A DNA stretch of 64,000 nucleotides from an uncultured Nitrospiraceae bacterium (GCA_963846575.1 CAWJWJ010000002.1:672001-736000); one strand, 5' to 3'. Counted from the stretch's first letter, positions 26,785 to 36,854 are shown. Program-made: numbers and translations. Notes: generated from the letters alone by a model not told the origin.

Positions 26785-27471
26785 ATGACAATGCTGCCTC
26801 CCTTACCTTCAAATTGGGAACGTTTGCTGAGAGTCGAGACGGAGAGCGACACGTATCGAGCTCTTGATACCTTCCTTGAGCAGGAACTGGTTGATGGGCG
26901 GACCATTCTGCCACCATCCGAAGACGTGTTTCGTGCCCTTCTGGTGACACCCTACGAGAAGGTCAAGGTGTTATTGCTTGGGCAGGATCCCTATCACACG
27001 CCAGGAGTGGCGCATGGGCTGTGTTTCTCAGTTCAACCAGAGGTACGGTCCTTACCGGCTTCGCTCAAGAATATCTATCGAGAACTTCGGGATGACGTCG
27101 GATGTCGTGTGCCGAATAACGGATGTCTGGAGCAATGGGGCCGCCAGGGCGTGCTCTTGCTGAATGCGGTATTAACCGTTCGAGCGCATGAGCCCAACTC
27201 CCATCGGGCACGCGGCTGGGAAGTGGTTACTGACAGGATTATCAGGATGGTCGATGCAAAACGCACTCGTGTGGTGTTTGTTCTCTGGGGTGGTGAAGCT
27301 AAAAAAAAGAGAACACTGATCACAAATTCGCAGCATGTTGTAATCACCTGTGCCCACCCGTCGCCATTGTCCGCAAGGATGTTTTTTGGATCTCGATGTT
27401 TCTCGCGCACCAATCAGGCGCTCACCGAGGCTGGCATAGAGCCAATCGACTGGCAGATTCCCGACGTCTGA
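26785..27471 (+). CDS. ung: Uracil-DNA glycosylase family 1
   Basis: GQDPYH, GVLLLN, HPSPLS motifs; start may be 26791. Confidence 0.95.
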   Translation: MTMLPPLPSNWERLLRVETESDTYRALDTFLEQELVDGRTILPPSEDVFRALLVTPYEKVKVLLLGQDPYHTPGVAHGLCFSVQPEVRSLPASLKNIYRELRDDVGCRVPNNGCLEQWGRQGVLLLNAVLTVRAHEPNSHRARGWEVVTDRIIRMVDAKRTRVVFVLWGGEAKKKRTLITNSQHVVITCAHPSPLSARMFFGSRCFSRTNQALTEAGIEPIDWQIPDV

Positions 27472-27983
27472 ATCGGTCCTTAAGCTGTTTGTCATGCTTC
27501 TTTTCTCGAGTATCGGCAATCTGGCATCACTGCCCTCGGTAGGACGAGTGGACGGCTGGTGCCCGAAGCAGGATGCCTGAAGCATGGTGAGATAGGGAGT
27601 GCAGTCGTTTGGCCGCAAGGCTTTCTCCTTCTGAAGCAAGCTTAGGAAAACGAGTACCCCGACCATAAGAATACTGAGACAGATGGAGAGGACGCACACA
27701 ATAATTCTTTAAGTCAGGCGCGCCGATTGCGCATCGCGACGCTGCAAGTCATTGGCCGCTATTCCTTGGGCAGGAACTGGGCAGGCTCGACAAAGCCTGT
27801 GCTGGAGAGTCTGCGCGCGACCGGACTGCTCGACGTAAAGAGCGTGACAGGCGAATGGTTTCGGATGCTGTGAAGCAAGGTCAAATGACTGGCCTAGAAG
27901 TATTATCTACGGAAGCACGTTTAAGATAATATTTATTGCCACATAGAATCATGCGTTTGTATCGCACGAAGCCCACCAACACA

Positions 27984-28012
27984 TTGACTCTGAGCTCATC
28001 CCTCTATAGGGT
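27984..28012 (+). promoter_or_regulatory. Putative sigma-70 promoter with no clear downstream CDS
   Basis: TTGACT-17 nt-TAGGGT. Confidence 0.4.
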
Positions 28013-28563
28013 GGACGCATAACGTCCTGAGCCACGTCGGCTTTCCCCTTTCGCGCGCTGCTTGTTCAACTTTGCGCGTGCAAGTCTCAAGGCTCCGCCG
28101 CCTCGACGCTACAGAAGAAAACCGCAGCCATGCAGGACCTGCAGTGATCGGTCCGACGCTTGAGCCATCGATTAGTTCCGCAGAGGGTCATGTTGAACCA
28201 ATGAGGTTGCGATGCACGCTGCTGCATGTCCTTCCAGCATCGGGGATAGGCTTGTCCCGTTGGCGTCTGGTCCCCTGACTCGTGAAGAATCGTTCATGCC
28301 ATTACAGGTCGGAAACGTGTTCGACCAACTTGCGGAGCAGTCTCGCAGTTGCATTCGTGGTGAGTGGAGGGTGGGATGAGAGCGGATTTCGGTCGTTCAT
28401 TGGGCTACCTAAAATCTTCTCAGCGTTGTAGCGATCGGCTTCGGTGCGACTGCGCTCATGATCACGCCGTATAGCCACGTGCATGACTATGCCCTACTGT
28501 CGAAGTCAGTAACCTGCTCGGCCAGGGCGTTGCTAATGCAGGTGTATCGATGGTTGACAAGCA

Positions 28564-28794
28564 TTGCATGGGATTATGGGAATCAGTGTCATGCTGACAA
28601 TGGCAGGCGCTGGTCTCCCGCCGTGGCCTGCCGAAGCGGGAGACAAGAAGTCTTCTACGAACGGAGAGCCGACCCGTTCTGCAGCGGTCGCATTTTCAGC
28701 GACCGCAGACATCTTGAGGATGTCTGGCGAGGATCTCGCAAAGTCTTACGACCGAACAACGGCTCACTGTCGAACAAAGCTGGCGGCGCGATGA
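28564..28794 (+). CDS. Small hypothetical protein, possible signal peptide
   Basis: Hydrophobic N-terminus ending PAEA; weak support. Confidence 0.3.
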   Translation: MHGIMGISVMLTMAGAGLPPWPAEAGDKKSSTNGEPTRSAAVAFSATADILRMSGEDLAKSYDRTTAHCRTKLAAR

Positions 28795-28996
28795 CGCTGA
28801 TCGAGCTTTGATTCGAGCTGTTCCTCGACGATGATGGACCGCGTGTGATGATATTGGCCTATCGTTGCTTGTGCTCAGGATGAATAGACCGGTGAGAAAG
28901 CGCGCCGGGCTGGGGTCGAGAGCCTGAGGTCGCACATTGCCAGCCGGCTGCGTACTAACGGGGCCGACCGAGTTGGACAGTTGTACAGGAGGCTTT

Positions 28997-29290
28997 ATGC
29001 GAATGGAACATCGTGTTCGATCAAGGCCGGCTGGAAGGTTGGGAATGTTGGATGAACGAAAGATAGAAGGACCCATAGAGAATTTAAGCCGAGCCGCTCG
29101 CGATATGGAATTGGACATTAATACCGCCCTTTCTTCTCGGCTGAAATCACTGACCGGCATTGGTGAGCATTATGCGCAGCGGATTATCGCCGGACGGCCC
29201 TACCGGAATCGGGAAGAATTGCTGACGAGACAGATTTTGCCGAATTACATTTATGGCCGTATTATGGAGCGGCTCTGCGTCAGGGAATGA
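28997..29290 (+). CDS. Helix-hairpin-helix (ComEA-like) protein
   Basis: AGGAGG RBS; LDINTA...LKSLTGIGEHYAQRIIAGRPY. Confidence 0.85.
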   Translation: MRMEHRVRSRPAGRLGMLDERKIEGPIENLSRAARDMELDINTALSSRLKSLTGIGEHYAQRIIAGRPYRNREELLTRQILPNYIYGRIMERLCVRE

Positions 29291-29422
29291 GGGAGAGAAG
29301 TCCGGGGACGTGTGAAAGCGTTGTCAACGCAAGCCTTCCCGATGACCATGCGGGCTGTCAAAGCCGTTCGTGCTTTCAGCAGGCCTAAATCGTGGACCTC
29401 CAAGATGAGAAGGGGCACCTCT

Positions 29423-30082
29423 ATGGCAGACACTCAGGAGACAATGGGGACCATGCGAAGGGCGTGGCGGGGAATGATCTCGGCAGTACTCATCGCATGC
29501 GTGATGAGCGCCTTGCAGGCCGTCGCCGCGGTGGATCAGCCAGGGCCGACCGAAACAGTGAAGGGCACAGTCACCGAGTTCCTTGACATCCTGAAGGAAC
29601 TCAAAGGTCCTAGCCGCTCCGACGCGCGCCGCTGGAAGATTGAGGAAGTGATACGCCACCGCGTGCATTACGAAGACATGGCCAGACGGTCGCTGGGGCC
29701 TTCGTGGACACAGATGGATGAAGTAACGCGCCGGGAGTACGTCGGGCTCTTTGTCCAATTGCTCCGCGACTGTCTCGCGAACCGAATGGTCGAGTATTCC
29801 GGAGAACGGATTAGTTACCTCTCAGAGCGTCGGGAGTCGGGCTTTGCTGAAGTAAAGACCAGGCTCGTGGGCGACAAAGTCGACACCTTCATTGATTTCA
29901 GGCTCATGAGACAGGATGGACGTTGGTTGGTGTATGACGCCATCCTGGATGGAGCCAGTCTGGTGGGGAGTTATCATGCCCAGTTTGCGAGCATTATACG
30001 CGAAGCCTCCTGCGCACAACTGATGGATAGAATCAAAGAAAAGACGCTGATCGTAAAATTGTTCGAGAAGAGTAGTCCATGA
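29423..30082 (+). CDS. mlaC: MlaC/Ttg2D family periplasmic binding protein
   Basis: Signal peptide; MARRSLG..W, DFRL....GRWLVYD..LDG.SLV..Y.AQF. Confidence 0.85.
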   Translation: MADTQETMGTMRRAWRGMISAVLIACVMSALQAVAAVDQPGPTETVKGTVTEFLDILKELKGPSRSDARRWKIEEVIRHRVHYEDMARRSLGPSWTQMDEVTRREYVGLFVQLLRDCLANRMVEYSGERISYLSERRESGFAEVKTRLVGDKVDTFIDFRLMRQDGRWLVYDAILDGASLVGSYHAQFASIIREASCAQLMDRIKEKTLIVKLFEKSSP

Positions 30083-30138
30083 ACATATGACTCCGCAGTG
30101 AGGGCAGGATGGGGTCAATCGGGTAGGGAGATAGAGCA

Positions 30139-30327
30139 ATGAGATGTCCGCGCTGTTATGGTCCGATGCTGATGATCAAGATGAAGGACATTGTGAGTGG
30201 AACGATGACCTATGGCTGGGGCTGTCGGCAATGCGGCGCAGTCATCGACTCTCTCATTGATATTCACCGCCAATGGCATTTGGAGCCGCGCGCGACGTGG
30301 GCTCACCTGGCCATCTCGTCGTCTTAA
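30139..30327 (+). CDS. Small zinc-ribbon protein
   Basis: MRCPRC.G.M ... WGCRQCGAVID (two CxxC); GGAG RBS. Confidence 0.7.
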   Translation: MRCPRCYGPMLMIKMKDIVSGTMTYGWGCRQCGAVIDSLIDIHRQWHLEPRATWAHLAISSS

Positions 30328-30474
30328 GCCACAATCTTGTGATGATCGGAATCGAAAAGGTTTCCCGAGGCTGACAAACGGCGACGTGACGGATACGTGA
30401 AAAAGTGTGTGGCTGTTGTGCCTTTCCCTCTAGAGGCGCGAGTGTGAGCTGGAAAACAATGAAGGAGTTCCCTC

Positions 30475-30642
30475 ATGCTGCATGCTGCACTAATCTGCCT
30501 GTCGCTTGGGCTCATGGTCTGGGGTCTTAATTGGACTGGGCTGGCCGACACGCCGACCATGATCTACTGGTTGTTTACCGTAGGCGGAATGTTTCTGATG
30601 GTGATTCATGTGATCACGAGAAGGCCGGCCCGTGTGTGGTGA
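30475..30642 (+). CDS. DUF1328/YtjA-like small membrane protein (55 aa, absent from ORF track)
   Basis: AAGGAG RBS; MLHAALICLSLGLMVWGLNWTGLADTPTMIYWLFTVGGMFLMVIHVITRRPARVW, two hydrophobic helices. Confidence 0.7.
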   Translation: MLHAALICLSLGLMVWGLNWTGLADTPTMIYWLFTVGGMFLMVIHVITRRPARVW

Positions 30643-30793
30643 TGAGGCGGGACTATGGCGACCACGCTCATGGCGACAGAGCCCGTTCAGGGAGTCCGGA
30701 AAAACCAGCAACAATTTCTCCGCGGTTATGTTACATGGTTAGGCTAGGAGAGTCTGGCACGACTTTATTACCACGAGTGGACAAAAGGGGAAC

Positions 30794-30976
30794 ATGACAC
30801 AGGAAGAACGAATTACGAACATGACCAAAGCGATCAACCAGGCAATCAAGGTGATGGGGGATCGTTTCGGGTCGACAGAAGAAGATGTGGCGCGGACTAT
30901 TCAAGCCTTGAAAGTCTCAATGCAAGCGGCCCCGCAAGAAAAGTCAATGGCTGCGGGGACAGTTGCTCAGACCTAG
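30794..30976 (+). CDS. Small hypothetical protein
   Basis: AAGGGG RBS, 60-aa helical-looking ORF. Confidence 0.55.
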   Translation: MTQEERITNMTKAINQAIKVMGDRFGSTEEDVARTIQALKVSMQAAPQEKSMAAGTVAQT

Positions 30977-31143
30977 GGCCGGACCTGAGTTTGATGGGAA
31001 TTGCGCCTGCTTGGTCGATCCGGTTGCCGGGACTCAACGGTGAACGCGAGATTTTGTATGCGCCTTCGATGTTTTGCCTGCTGCAATCCTGTTGCAAAGG
31101 CCTAACACGTGAGGAAGATGCCTGGTCTAGGCCTCAATAGCGC

Positions 31144-31172
31144 TTGACTCTACTCTCCATTGGGCTTAGCCT
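31144..31172 (+). promoter_or_regulatory. Putative promoter of erpA cassette
   Basis: TTGACT-17 nt-TAGCCT, about 235 nt upstream of erpA ATG. Confidence 0.45.
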
Positions 31173-31407
31173 AAAACCATGACGTGTCAAGCTCCGCCGA
31201 CTGTTCTCTCCCTCGCGCTTCACTCTTCCTTCCCGCGCGACTGATTGCCAGCTCTTCGTCGCTTCTTACGCCAGAGTGTCCTGCACTGATCTGTGAGCGA
31301 TTCCTCGTGTACGGGCGATTGTCGCTTTCGGCGGGGGAACCGTCTTTATACGGGGTTCGATTGAAACAGTCTGGTCGATTGAGACAGCGGTAGAAGGGAA
31401 TTGGAGC

Positions 31408-31728
31408 ATGATTACCATTACGACAACAGCGGAAGAGAAAATTCGGGAGTTGATGCTGGAAGAGAAGGACACGCTTGGTTTGCGCGTGTATGTAAAGGGT
31501 GGCGGTTGCCATGGTTATCAGTATGGGATGGCATTCGAGTCGAAGATGGGCGAGGACGATACCGTCATTGAAAAGGGTGATGTGAAGGTGATCATGGATT
31601 CGCAGAGCGCTCCCCTGTTGAACGGCTGTGAAGTCGATTATGTCGATAGCGTCCAGGGTTCCGGCTTCGCGATTAAGAATCCTCAAGCGAAGACTACGTG
31701 CGGGTGCGGCAGTTCCTTCAGTGCGTAA
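31408..31728 (+). CDS. erpA: A-type Fe-S cluster carrier/insertion protein
   Basis: LRVYVKGGGCHGYQYG and C-terminal TCGCGSSF. Confidence 0.93.
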   Translation: MITITTTAEEKIRELMLEEKDTLGLRVYVKGGGCHGYQYGMAFESKMGEDDTVIEKGDVKVIMDSQSAPLLNGCEVDYVDSVQGSGFAIKNPQAKTTCGCGSSFSA

Positions 31729-31786
31729 TCTTGCCGCTTAATTAACGGGTCGGTGCGAATTCCACAACGATCGAGGGAGGCCTGCT

Positions 31787-32992
31787 ATGGAACCCACATC
31801 CGCCATCGGAACCAAGAATAAAAAAGGACAAGTTTTTACCGACCCCCGGGTGATGATGCGCGATGCTCCGCGCACTCCGTCGTTCTATACCGGCAGCGAA
31901 GTTATTAAGGAAGCCATCAGGCGTGCGAGCATCGACGTGATGATTGCCTATCCAATTACACCCCAAAGCGAAGCGGCCGCATTGATTGGCGAACTCTTCG
32001 CCGAAGGCTATATCGGGGACTATTTCCGAGGAGAGAGTGAATTTGCCGTCATGTCTCAGTGTGCGGGAGCCGCATTCGGAGGGGCGCGTGTCTTCACGAC
32101 GACGGCTGGTCCCGGCACTATGCGGGCCATGGAAAATTTTCCCATGTGGGCCGGCGCGCGGTTGCCGATCCAATGTATCGTGACCTGTCGCGGCATTAAT
32201 TCCCCTCTCTCCATTCAGCCGGACACGATCGAGATTTCCTATCTGATGCAGACCGGGATGCTGGTCTGGCATGCGGAGACGGCGCAGGATTTCTATGATT
32301 GGATTCTCATGGGGTATATGGTGTCGGAGGAGCCGGATGTGCACTTGCCGTTAGCCCTTTGTTGTGACGGGTTCTTTGTCACGCACACCAAAGACGTGGT
32401 CGACCTCACACCGACCGACATGTGTCTTCCGCCGTACGACCCCTATCGGTCGCCGGTCCCCTGCATGGACATGGAATGTCCGCCTGTTCGGATGATGCGC
32501 GATCCCTTTATCATGAAAAGTAATTACATTAGCTATGCTACTCACGCGAGTTGGCAGCAGGAAGTCTGGGCCGCTGCCGAACGGTCGCGAAAGCATACGA
32601 TTGCATGGCTGAATGGGTTGATTGAGACGGAGAATAGCGACGCCGATGTGCTCATCGTTACCTCCGGCACGGCGGTGTCCCAGGGGCGTGAAGCCATCCG
32701 TCTGTTGGCCGATGAGGGGATACGAGTCGGTCTTGTGAAGATCAAGACGCTCCGGCCCTGGCCTGAGGAGGAAATTAAGGAAGCTACGAAACACGCCACT
32801 CACATCATTGTTCCGGAATTCAATGTTATCGGATGGATGGCGAGGGAGATCAAAGCTACCATTCCCAGGAGCGAGCGCGTCGTTGCAGGCCCGCGAGTCT
32901 GCGGAGGCATGACGATGCCACCGGAAATTATCGTTGAAGAAATCAAGCGCGCACTCGGCATTCGTTCTACGACGCTTGCCGCTCGCGGGTGA
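31787..32992 (+). CDS. porA: 2-oxoacid:ferredoxin oxidoreductase alpha subunit (PorA-like)
   Basis: YPITPQSE, TAGPG.MRAMENFPMWAG, KTLRPWP; resembles Aquificae-type five-subunit POR alpha (from memory). Confidence 0.85.
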   Translation: MEPTSAIGTKNKKGQVFTDPRVMMRDAPRTPSFYTGSEVIKEAIRRASIDVMIAYPITPQSEAAALIGELFAEGYIGDYFRGESEFAVMSQCAGAAFGGARVFTTTAGPGTMRAMENFPMWAGARLPIQCIVTCRGINSPLSIQPDTIEISYLMQTGMLVWHAETAQDFYDWILMGYMVSEEPDVHLPLALCCDGFFVTHTKDVVDLTPTDMCLPPYDPYRSPVPCMDMECPPVRMMRDPFIMKSNYISYATHASWQQEVWAAAERSRKHTIAWLNGLIETENSDADVLIVTSGTAVSQGREAIRLLADEGIRVGLVKIKTLRPWPEEEIKEATKHATHIIVPEFNVIGWMAREIKATIPRSERVVAGPRVCGGMTMPPEIIVEEIKRALGIRSTTLAARG

Positions 32993-33070
32993 TGACAGAG
33001 GATCAATGTGCAACAGGAGTCGGCATATCCGGCAACGTGAAACTCAGCAGGGCTGAGAGAAGAGATAAAC

Positions 33071-33967
33071 ATGAGCAAAGAGCGCATCACCATTTCCCCC
33101 GAGTTATATGACATTATGCCGGCGGACTATCAGGATCTCGTCAGCAAAGCCACTTATGGCAAGGACGACCGGGGCTGGAAAGATATCGGTACCTCCAAGG
33201 AACTGATTGAGCAGCACTCACTCTGTGCCGGATGTCCGGAGTCCATGGCGTTTCGCTATATCTTAGCCTCGCTTCCCAATCCGGAAGACACCGTTATGGT
33301 CGGCTCGACCGGATGTACGAGTCTGGTGTTCCCCATGGTGGCCGTCCATAACATTCACTCCCTGTTTGGCAATCAGAATGCCATTGCCTCAGGCCTGAAG
33401 CGAGCATTAAGCGTTCGATTCCCCGATCGCGTTAAGGATGTCGTGGTCCTGGCGGGTGACGGCGCGACGGTAGACATCGGCTTGGACATGACGTTGCAAG
33501 CCTGGTTCCGGCAGGAAAAATTCACCACCATTTGTTTTGACAACGAACTGTATGCCAATACCGGCGGACAAGAGAGCGGGCTGATGCAGAAGGGTTTCGT
33601 TGCTAAAATGGCACCGGTCGGCAAACTCTTCGACAAAGTTCGCCTCCCCGAGATCGCGCGGGAATCCGGTTGTCATTACATCGTAAATTGTACGGTGAGC
33701 AAACCGTCGTTGGTTGAGAAGGTCGTTCGTAATGCCGTTTTGATCGCCCGGGAAATCGGGCCGACCTACCTTCAACTCTACACGCCCTGCATCCTAGAAA
33801 TCGGCAAGAACAGCATGGAAGGTTTGCAGGAAATGCGGGACTCCGAAAAACCCGCCGAACGGTTCGCGTTCAAGGAGTACATCAGCGAACCGGCGAAGCA
33901 ACTTCTGGCCGAACGTGACGCGAAAGCCAAGGAAAAGAAAGCCGCAGCGAAACAGTTAGTTTCGTAA
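33071..33967 (+). CDS. porB: 2-oxoacid:ferredoxin oxidoreductase beta subunit (PorB-like)
   Basis: CAGC, TGC, TPP motif GDG...DNELYANTGGQ, YTPC. Confidence 0.85.
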   Translation: MSKERITISPELYDIMPADYQDLVSKATYGKDDRGWKDIGTSKELIEQHSLCAGCPESMAFRYILASLPNPEDTVMVGSTGCTSLVFPMVAVHNIHSLFGNQNAIASGLKRALSVRFPDRVKDVVVLAGDGATVDIGLDMTLQAWFRQEKFTTICFDNELYANTGGQESGLMQKGFVAKMAPVGKLFDKVRLPEIARESGCHYIVNCTVSKPSLVEKVVRNAVLIAREIGPTYLQLYTPCILEIGKNSMEGLQEMRDSEKPAERFAFKEYISEPAKQLLAERDAKAKEKKAAAKQLVS

Positions 33968-34019
33968 GAGGCGCCACAATTATCGCCGTACCTGCGGCTA
34001 GAAAAGAGCGAGGGTCCAA

Positions 34020-34910
34020 ATGAGTCTTGACTATGTGAAGTTTACACCGGGGTTTGAACAGTTCATGCCGAAAGAATATCGGGATATGGTCGAGCACGGA
34101 CCATTCGGGAAAAAAACGACGGTTTCGCAGATGGGCAGTTTTAAAGAGATTCTTGAAGAGCATCCGATGTGCGCCGGTTGCGCCATGACCCTGTTTATCC
34201 GGTTGGCCATCATCGCCTTCCCAAATCCAGAAGACACCATTACGGTCGGGACAGCTGGCTGTGGGAGATTGGCGATCTCTCAGGCGGCCATTCCCTTTGT
34301 GTATGGGAACTATGGTGACCAGAACGGCGTCGCCAGCGGCTTGTCACGCGGACTGCGGCTCCGGTTCGGAGACAAGCCCAAGGATGTGGTGGTCATCGCG
34401 GGTGACGGTGGAACCGCAGACATCGGATTCCAGCAGGTTCTGCATTCCTGGTTCCGAAAGGAACGATTTACGACCATCATGTTGGACAACGAAGTGTACG
34501 GTAATACGGGCGGGCAAGAAAGCGGGATGACGACGCGAGGCGCGGTGTTAAAGATGGCCCCGCTCGGGAAGAAGTTTGAAAAGATGGACATGGTCACGAT
34601 GGCCAAAGTCGCCGGCTGTTCCTACATTGCCACGGTCGTTCCGAATAACCCGCGGCGAGTCGAAAGCGTCATCAAGAAAGCGGTGCTGATTGCCCGAGAT
34701 ATCGGCCCGACTTATATCCAAGCCTATACGTCATGCAATATTGAATATGCGATTCCCACTGACAAGGTGATGGAAGACGCGAAGACTGTTGAGGACGATC
34801 GTTACAAGTTCACCGAGTACGTCAGCGACGAAGCGAAAGCCTACCTGGCAGAGCGATACGGTTATAAAGAGTTCATGCCGAAGGCGCCCGCTGCAGTCAC
34901 CACGGCGTGA
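34020..34910 (+). CDS. forB: Second beta subunit (ForB/OGOR-like)
   Basis: HPMCAGC, AGC, GDG...DNEVYGNTGGQ, YTSC; clearly diverged from preceding beta; For vs Por identity from memory. Confidence 0.75.
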   Translation: MSLDYVKFTPGFEQFMPKEYRDMVEHGPFGKKTTVSQMGSFKEILEEHPMCAGCAMTLFIRLAIIAFPNPEDTITVGTAGCGRLAISQAAIPFVYGNYGDQNGVASGLSRGLRLRFGDKPKDVVVIAGDGGTADIGFQQVLHSWFRKERFTTIMLDNEVYGNTGGQESGMTTRGAVLKMAPLGKKFEKMDMVTMAKVAGCSYIATVVPNNPRRVESVIKKAVLIARDIGPTYIQAYTSCNIEYAIPTDKVMEDAKTVEDDRYKFTEYVSDEAKAYLAERYGYKEFMPKAPAAVTTA

Positions 34911-34962
34911 TCCGCTGACAGAAAACTGCTGGACTCAAGAGGTACACTAGCCTGAGTGTCGC

Positions 34963-34994
34963 CGGCGGGCAGGGGTTGAATTGCCTGCCCGCCG
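34963..34994. terminator. GC-rich stem-loop after the cassette
   Basis: 11-bp stem CGGCGGGCAGG/CCTGCCCGCCG, no U tract. Confidence 0.5.
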
Positions 34995-35085
34995 TCGTGA
35001 CAATTCGTTGTTCAATGACTTTGCAGATGCAGCGATTCGCGCATGGCAGGCGGTGAGCACCGACTATAAGGATGCAAAGGAAGTT

Positions 35086-35322
35086 ATGGCGGGACAGAAA
35101 CCTACACTCACATTGGTGAAGGCCCAATTTACGCTGAGTTATGGTATGCGGTTGGATAGGGGGACGGCTCCGGAGTGTGCTCACCCACATGTTTCCGTTC
35201 CTTTGCCCGACGGATCCGAGGGCGGCATGGCCTTGCACGTCATGAACGGTACGCCAGAAGAAATCAAGGCACGGCTTCTCGAAAGTATTGACGCATTCTT
35301 TGAACTACATGCCGACGTCTAG
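35086..35322 (+). CDS. Small hypothetical protein
   Basis: AAGGAAG RBS before MAGQKPTL; 78 aa. Confidence 0.65.
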   Translation: MAGQKPTLTLVKAQFTLSYGMRLDRGTAPECAHPHVSVPLPDGSEGGMALHVMNGTPEEIKARLLESIDAFFELHADV

Positions 35323-35695
35323 GCCAATCAACTCATCCCTCAGTCTCGCGGGCAGGCACACAATAGGCTGGATCATTCCCTGGCAAGCCAGCTGTTAAGA
35401 CTTTGCACTGCAAAATAATTAAGTCGCGTACAATCAATGAGTTGCCGTTTCAAGGCCTGCGTCGTCCGTTGACAGCCCACGCTCGACGCTGTAGGGTGCC
35501 CGTATGACGTTTTGAGCCACGCCGACTGTTCCATCTTGCGCGCCATCCCCTCCACTCTGCGCGTCTGATTCTCCGGTCTTCGCTGCTTCTACGCCAGATT
35601 CTCCGTCTTAGATCACTGGTCCGAGCATGCCTGCGTGCAGATCGGCCTTCACACCAGGGTGTCGGTTCTGCTAGGCACCTATAAAGGAGTACGCG

Positions 35696-35938
35696 ATGAC
35701 ACAAGAACAGTTCCAACAATTTTGGGCGCAGCTCCAGGCTCCGTTGAAAGCCAAGTGGGAGAAAATTACCGATTCGGATCTCAGAGAGATTCAAGGGAAT
35801 TTATCGACGTTTACGGATATTCTCCAGAAACGTTATGGAGAAACGCATAAGGATGAAGTCCGAATCTGGGCCGATCGTCGGCATGCACACTGGAGCGGCA
35901 ATTATTACGGGTACAAGGACCCCCAGCCGGTTGCCTAA
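35696..35938 (+). CDS. csbD: CsbD/YjbJ family stress protein
   Basis: AAGGAG RBS; W.QL...LK.KW.KITD.DL..I.G......LQ.RYG. Confidence 0.82.
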   Translation: MTQEQFQQFWAQLQAPLKAKWEKITDSDLREIQGNLSTFTDILQKRYGETHKDEVRIWADRRHAHWSGNYYGYKDPQPVA

Positions 35939-36015
35939 CATTACCGTGATCAGGAAGACCGAACCCTCCCAGTGCGCTGATGGCTCGCTGGGATTAACAA
36001 AGAGAGCGGGTGTTT

Positions 36016-36360
36016 ATGCCGAAGATCGTCATCAATAAGAGTTATGATCGATTCTGCGTCAGCCACAAGGCCTTTCTCCGTCTGCGAGAGCTCGGTCAAC
36101 CGGACGCACTCAAAGAAACAGACCTGGGAGCCTATTGGCCCTCTGCCGCCGGTCCCCTGGAGCCGAGCCTCAATCAGTGCGGGGCGTTAATACCGCGTGA
36201 TGACCACAGGCTTGTGCAGGTAGTGGAAGAGCTGCGTGCAGAAGCTAACGGACATTGTGCCGAGCTCAAAGTAGTGACCATTCCGGAGAACGTGGCCTGG
36301 GTCATTGCCAAAGCAGATGGAAGCGAGCACGTGAGCGAACAGCACCGCACCTGGAGCTGA
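36016..36360 (+). CDS. Hypothetical protein resembling a phage-encoded family
   Basis: KIVIN...F.VS, RDD.RLVQVVEEL...ANG..AELKVV.IP, E.HRTW. Confidence 0.7.
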   Translation: MPKIVINKSYDRFCVSHKAFLRLRELGQPDALKETDLGAYWPSAAGPLEPSLNQCGALIPRDDHRLVQVVEELRAEANGHCAELKVVTIPENVAWVIAKADGSEHVSEQHRTWS

Positions 36361-36854
36361 ACGATGACACCATGAGACACGGTGCTTCCTCCGACCGATC
36401 CGGGCGTGAATCCCACCCTGGCGAGGTCTGATAATTCCGGAATCTCTTTGGGCAAGCGGCGCTCGAAGCGAAAGTTGGGGAACCTGACCTGTCACGAAGG
36501 GGCGGTTGAAGCCCTGCTCTCCGAAGGCGAATTCACTTAGCCTCTTCTCGGGGTTTATCCAGCTACAGGCAGGGTCACGAAGCAGTTGCGCTTGATCCTG
36601 CCTGTGGTCTCCCGTCCAGCCTGATGGCAACGCACACCCCACATGTCGTACAGATTGAAGTCATGTATGTGCTCCCCGATGATGACAGATTACTGCAGTT
36701 CACCAAACTCGCTTGATTAGCCTGCCGTCGCGGTACACTTTGCCTAGACGGGTGATGGCCATCCATGCCCTGGTGTAGATGTGCCAGTCAATCCCCGTCC
36801 GGCGGAATTGGCCTGCCTTAGGGAACGACGCTCTGCGAGTTGCGTTTGCACGGG

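Noticed and set aside
30753..30770. Sigma-54 promoter TGGCACG
   Set aside because: No GC at the -12 position
35696..36360. Prophage remnant
   Set aside because: Only one phage-like gene; no integrase, structural genes or att repeats
36361..36854. Possible decayed gene on the minus strand
   Set aside because: Short coding-like fragments with stops, no family recognised
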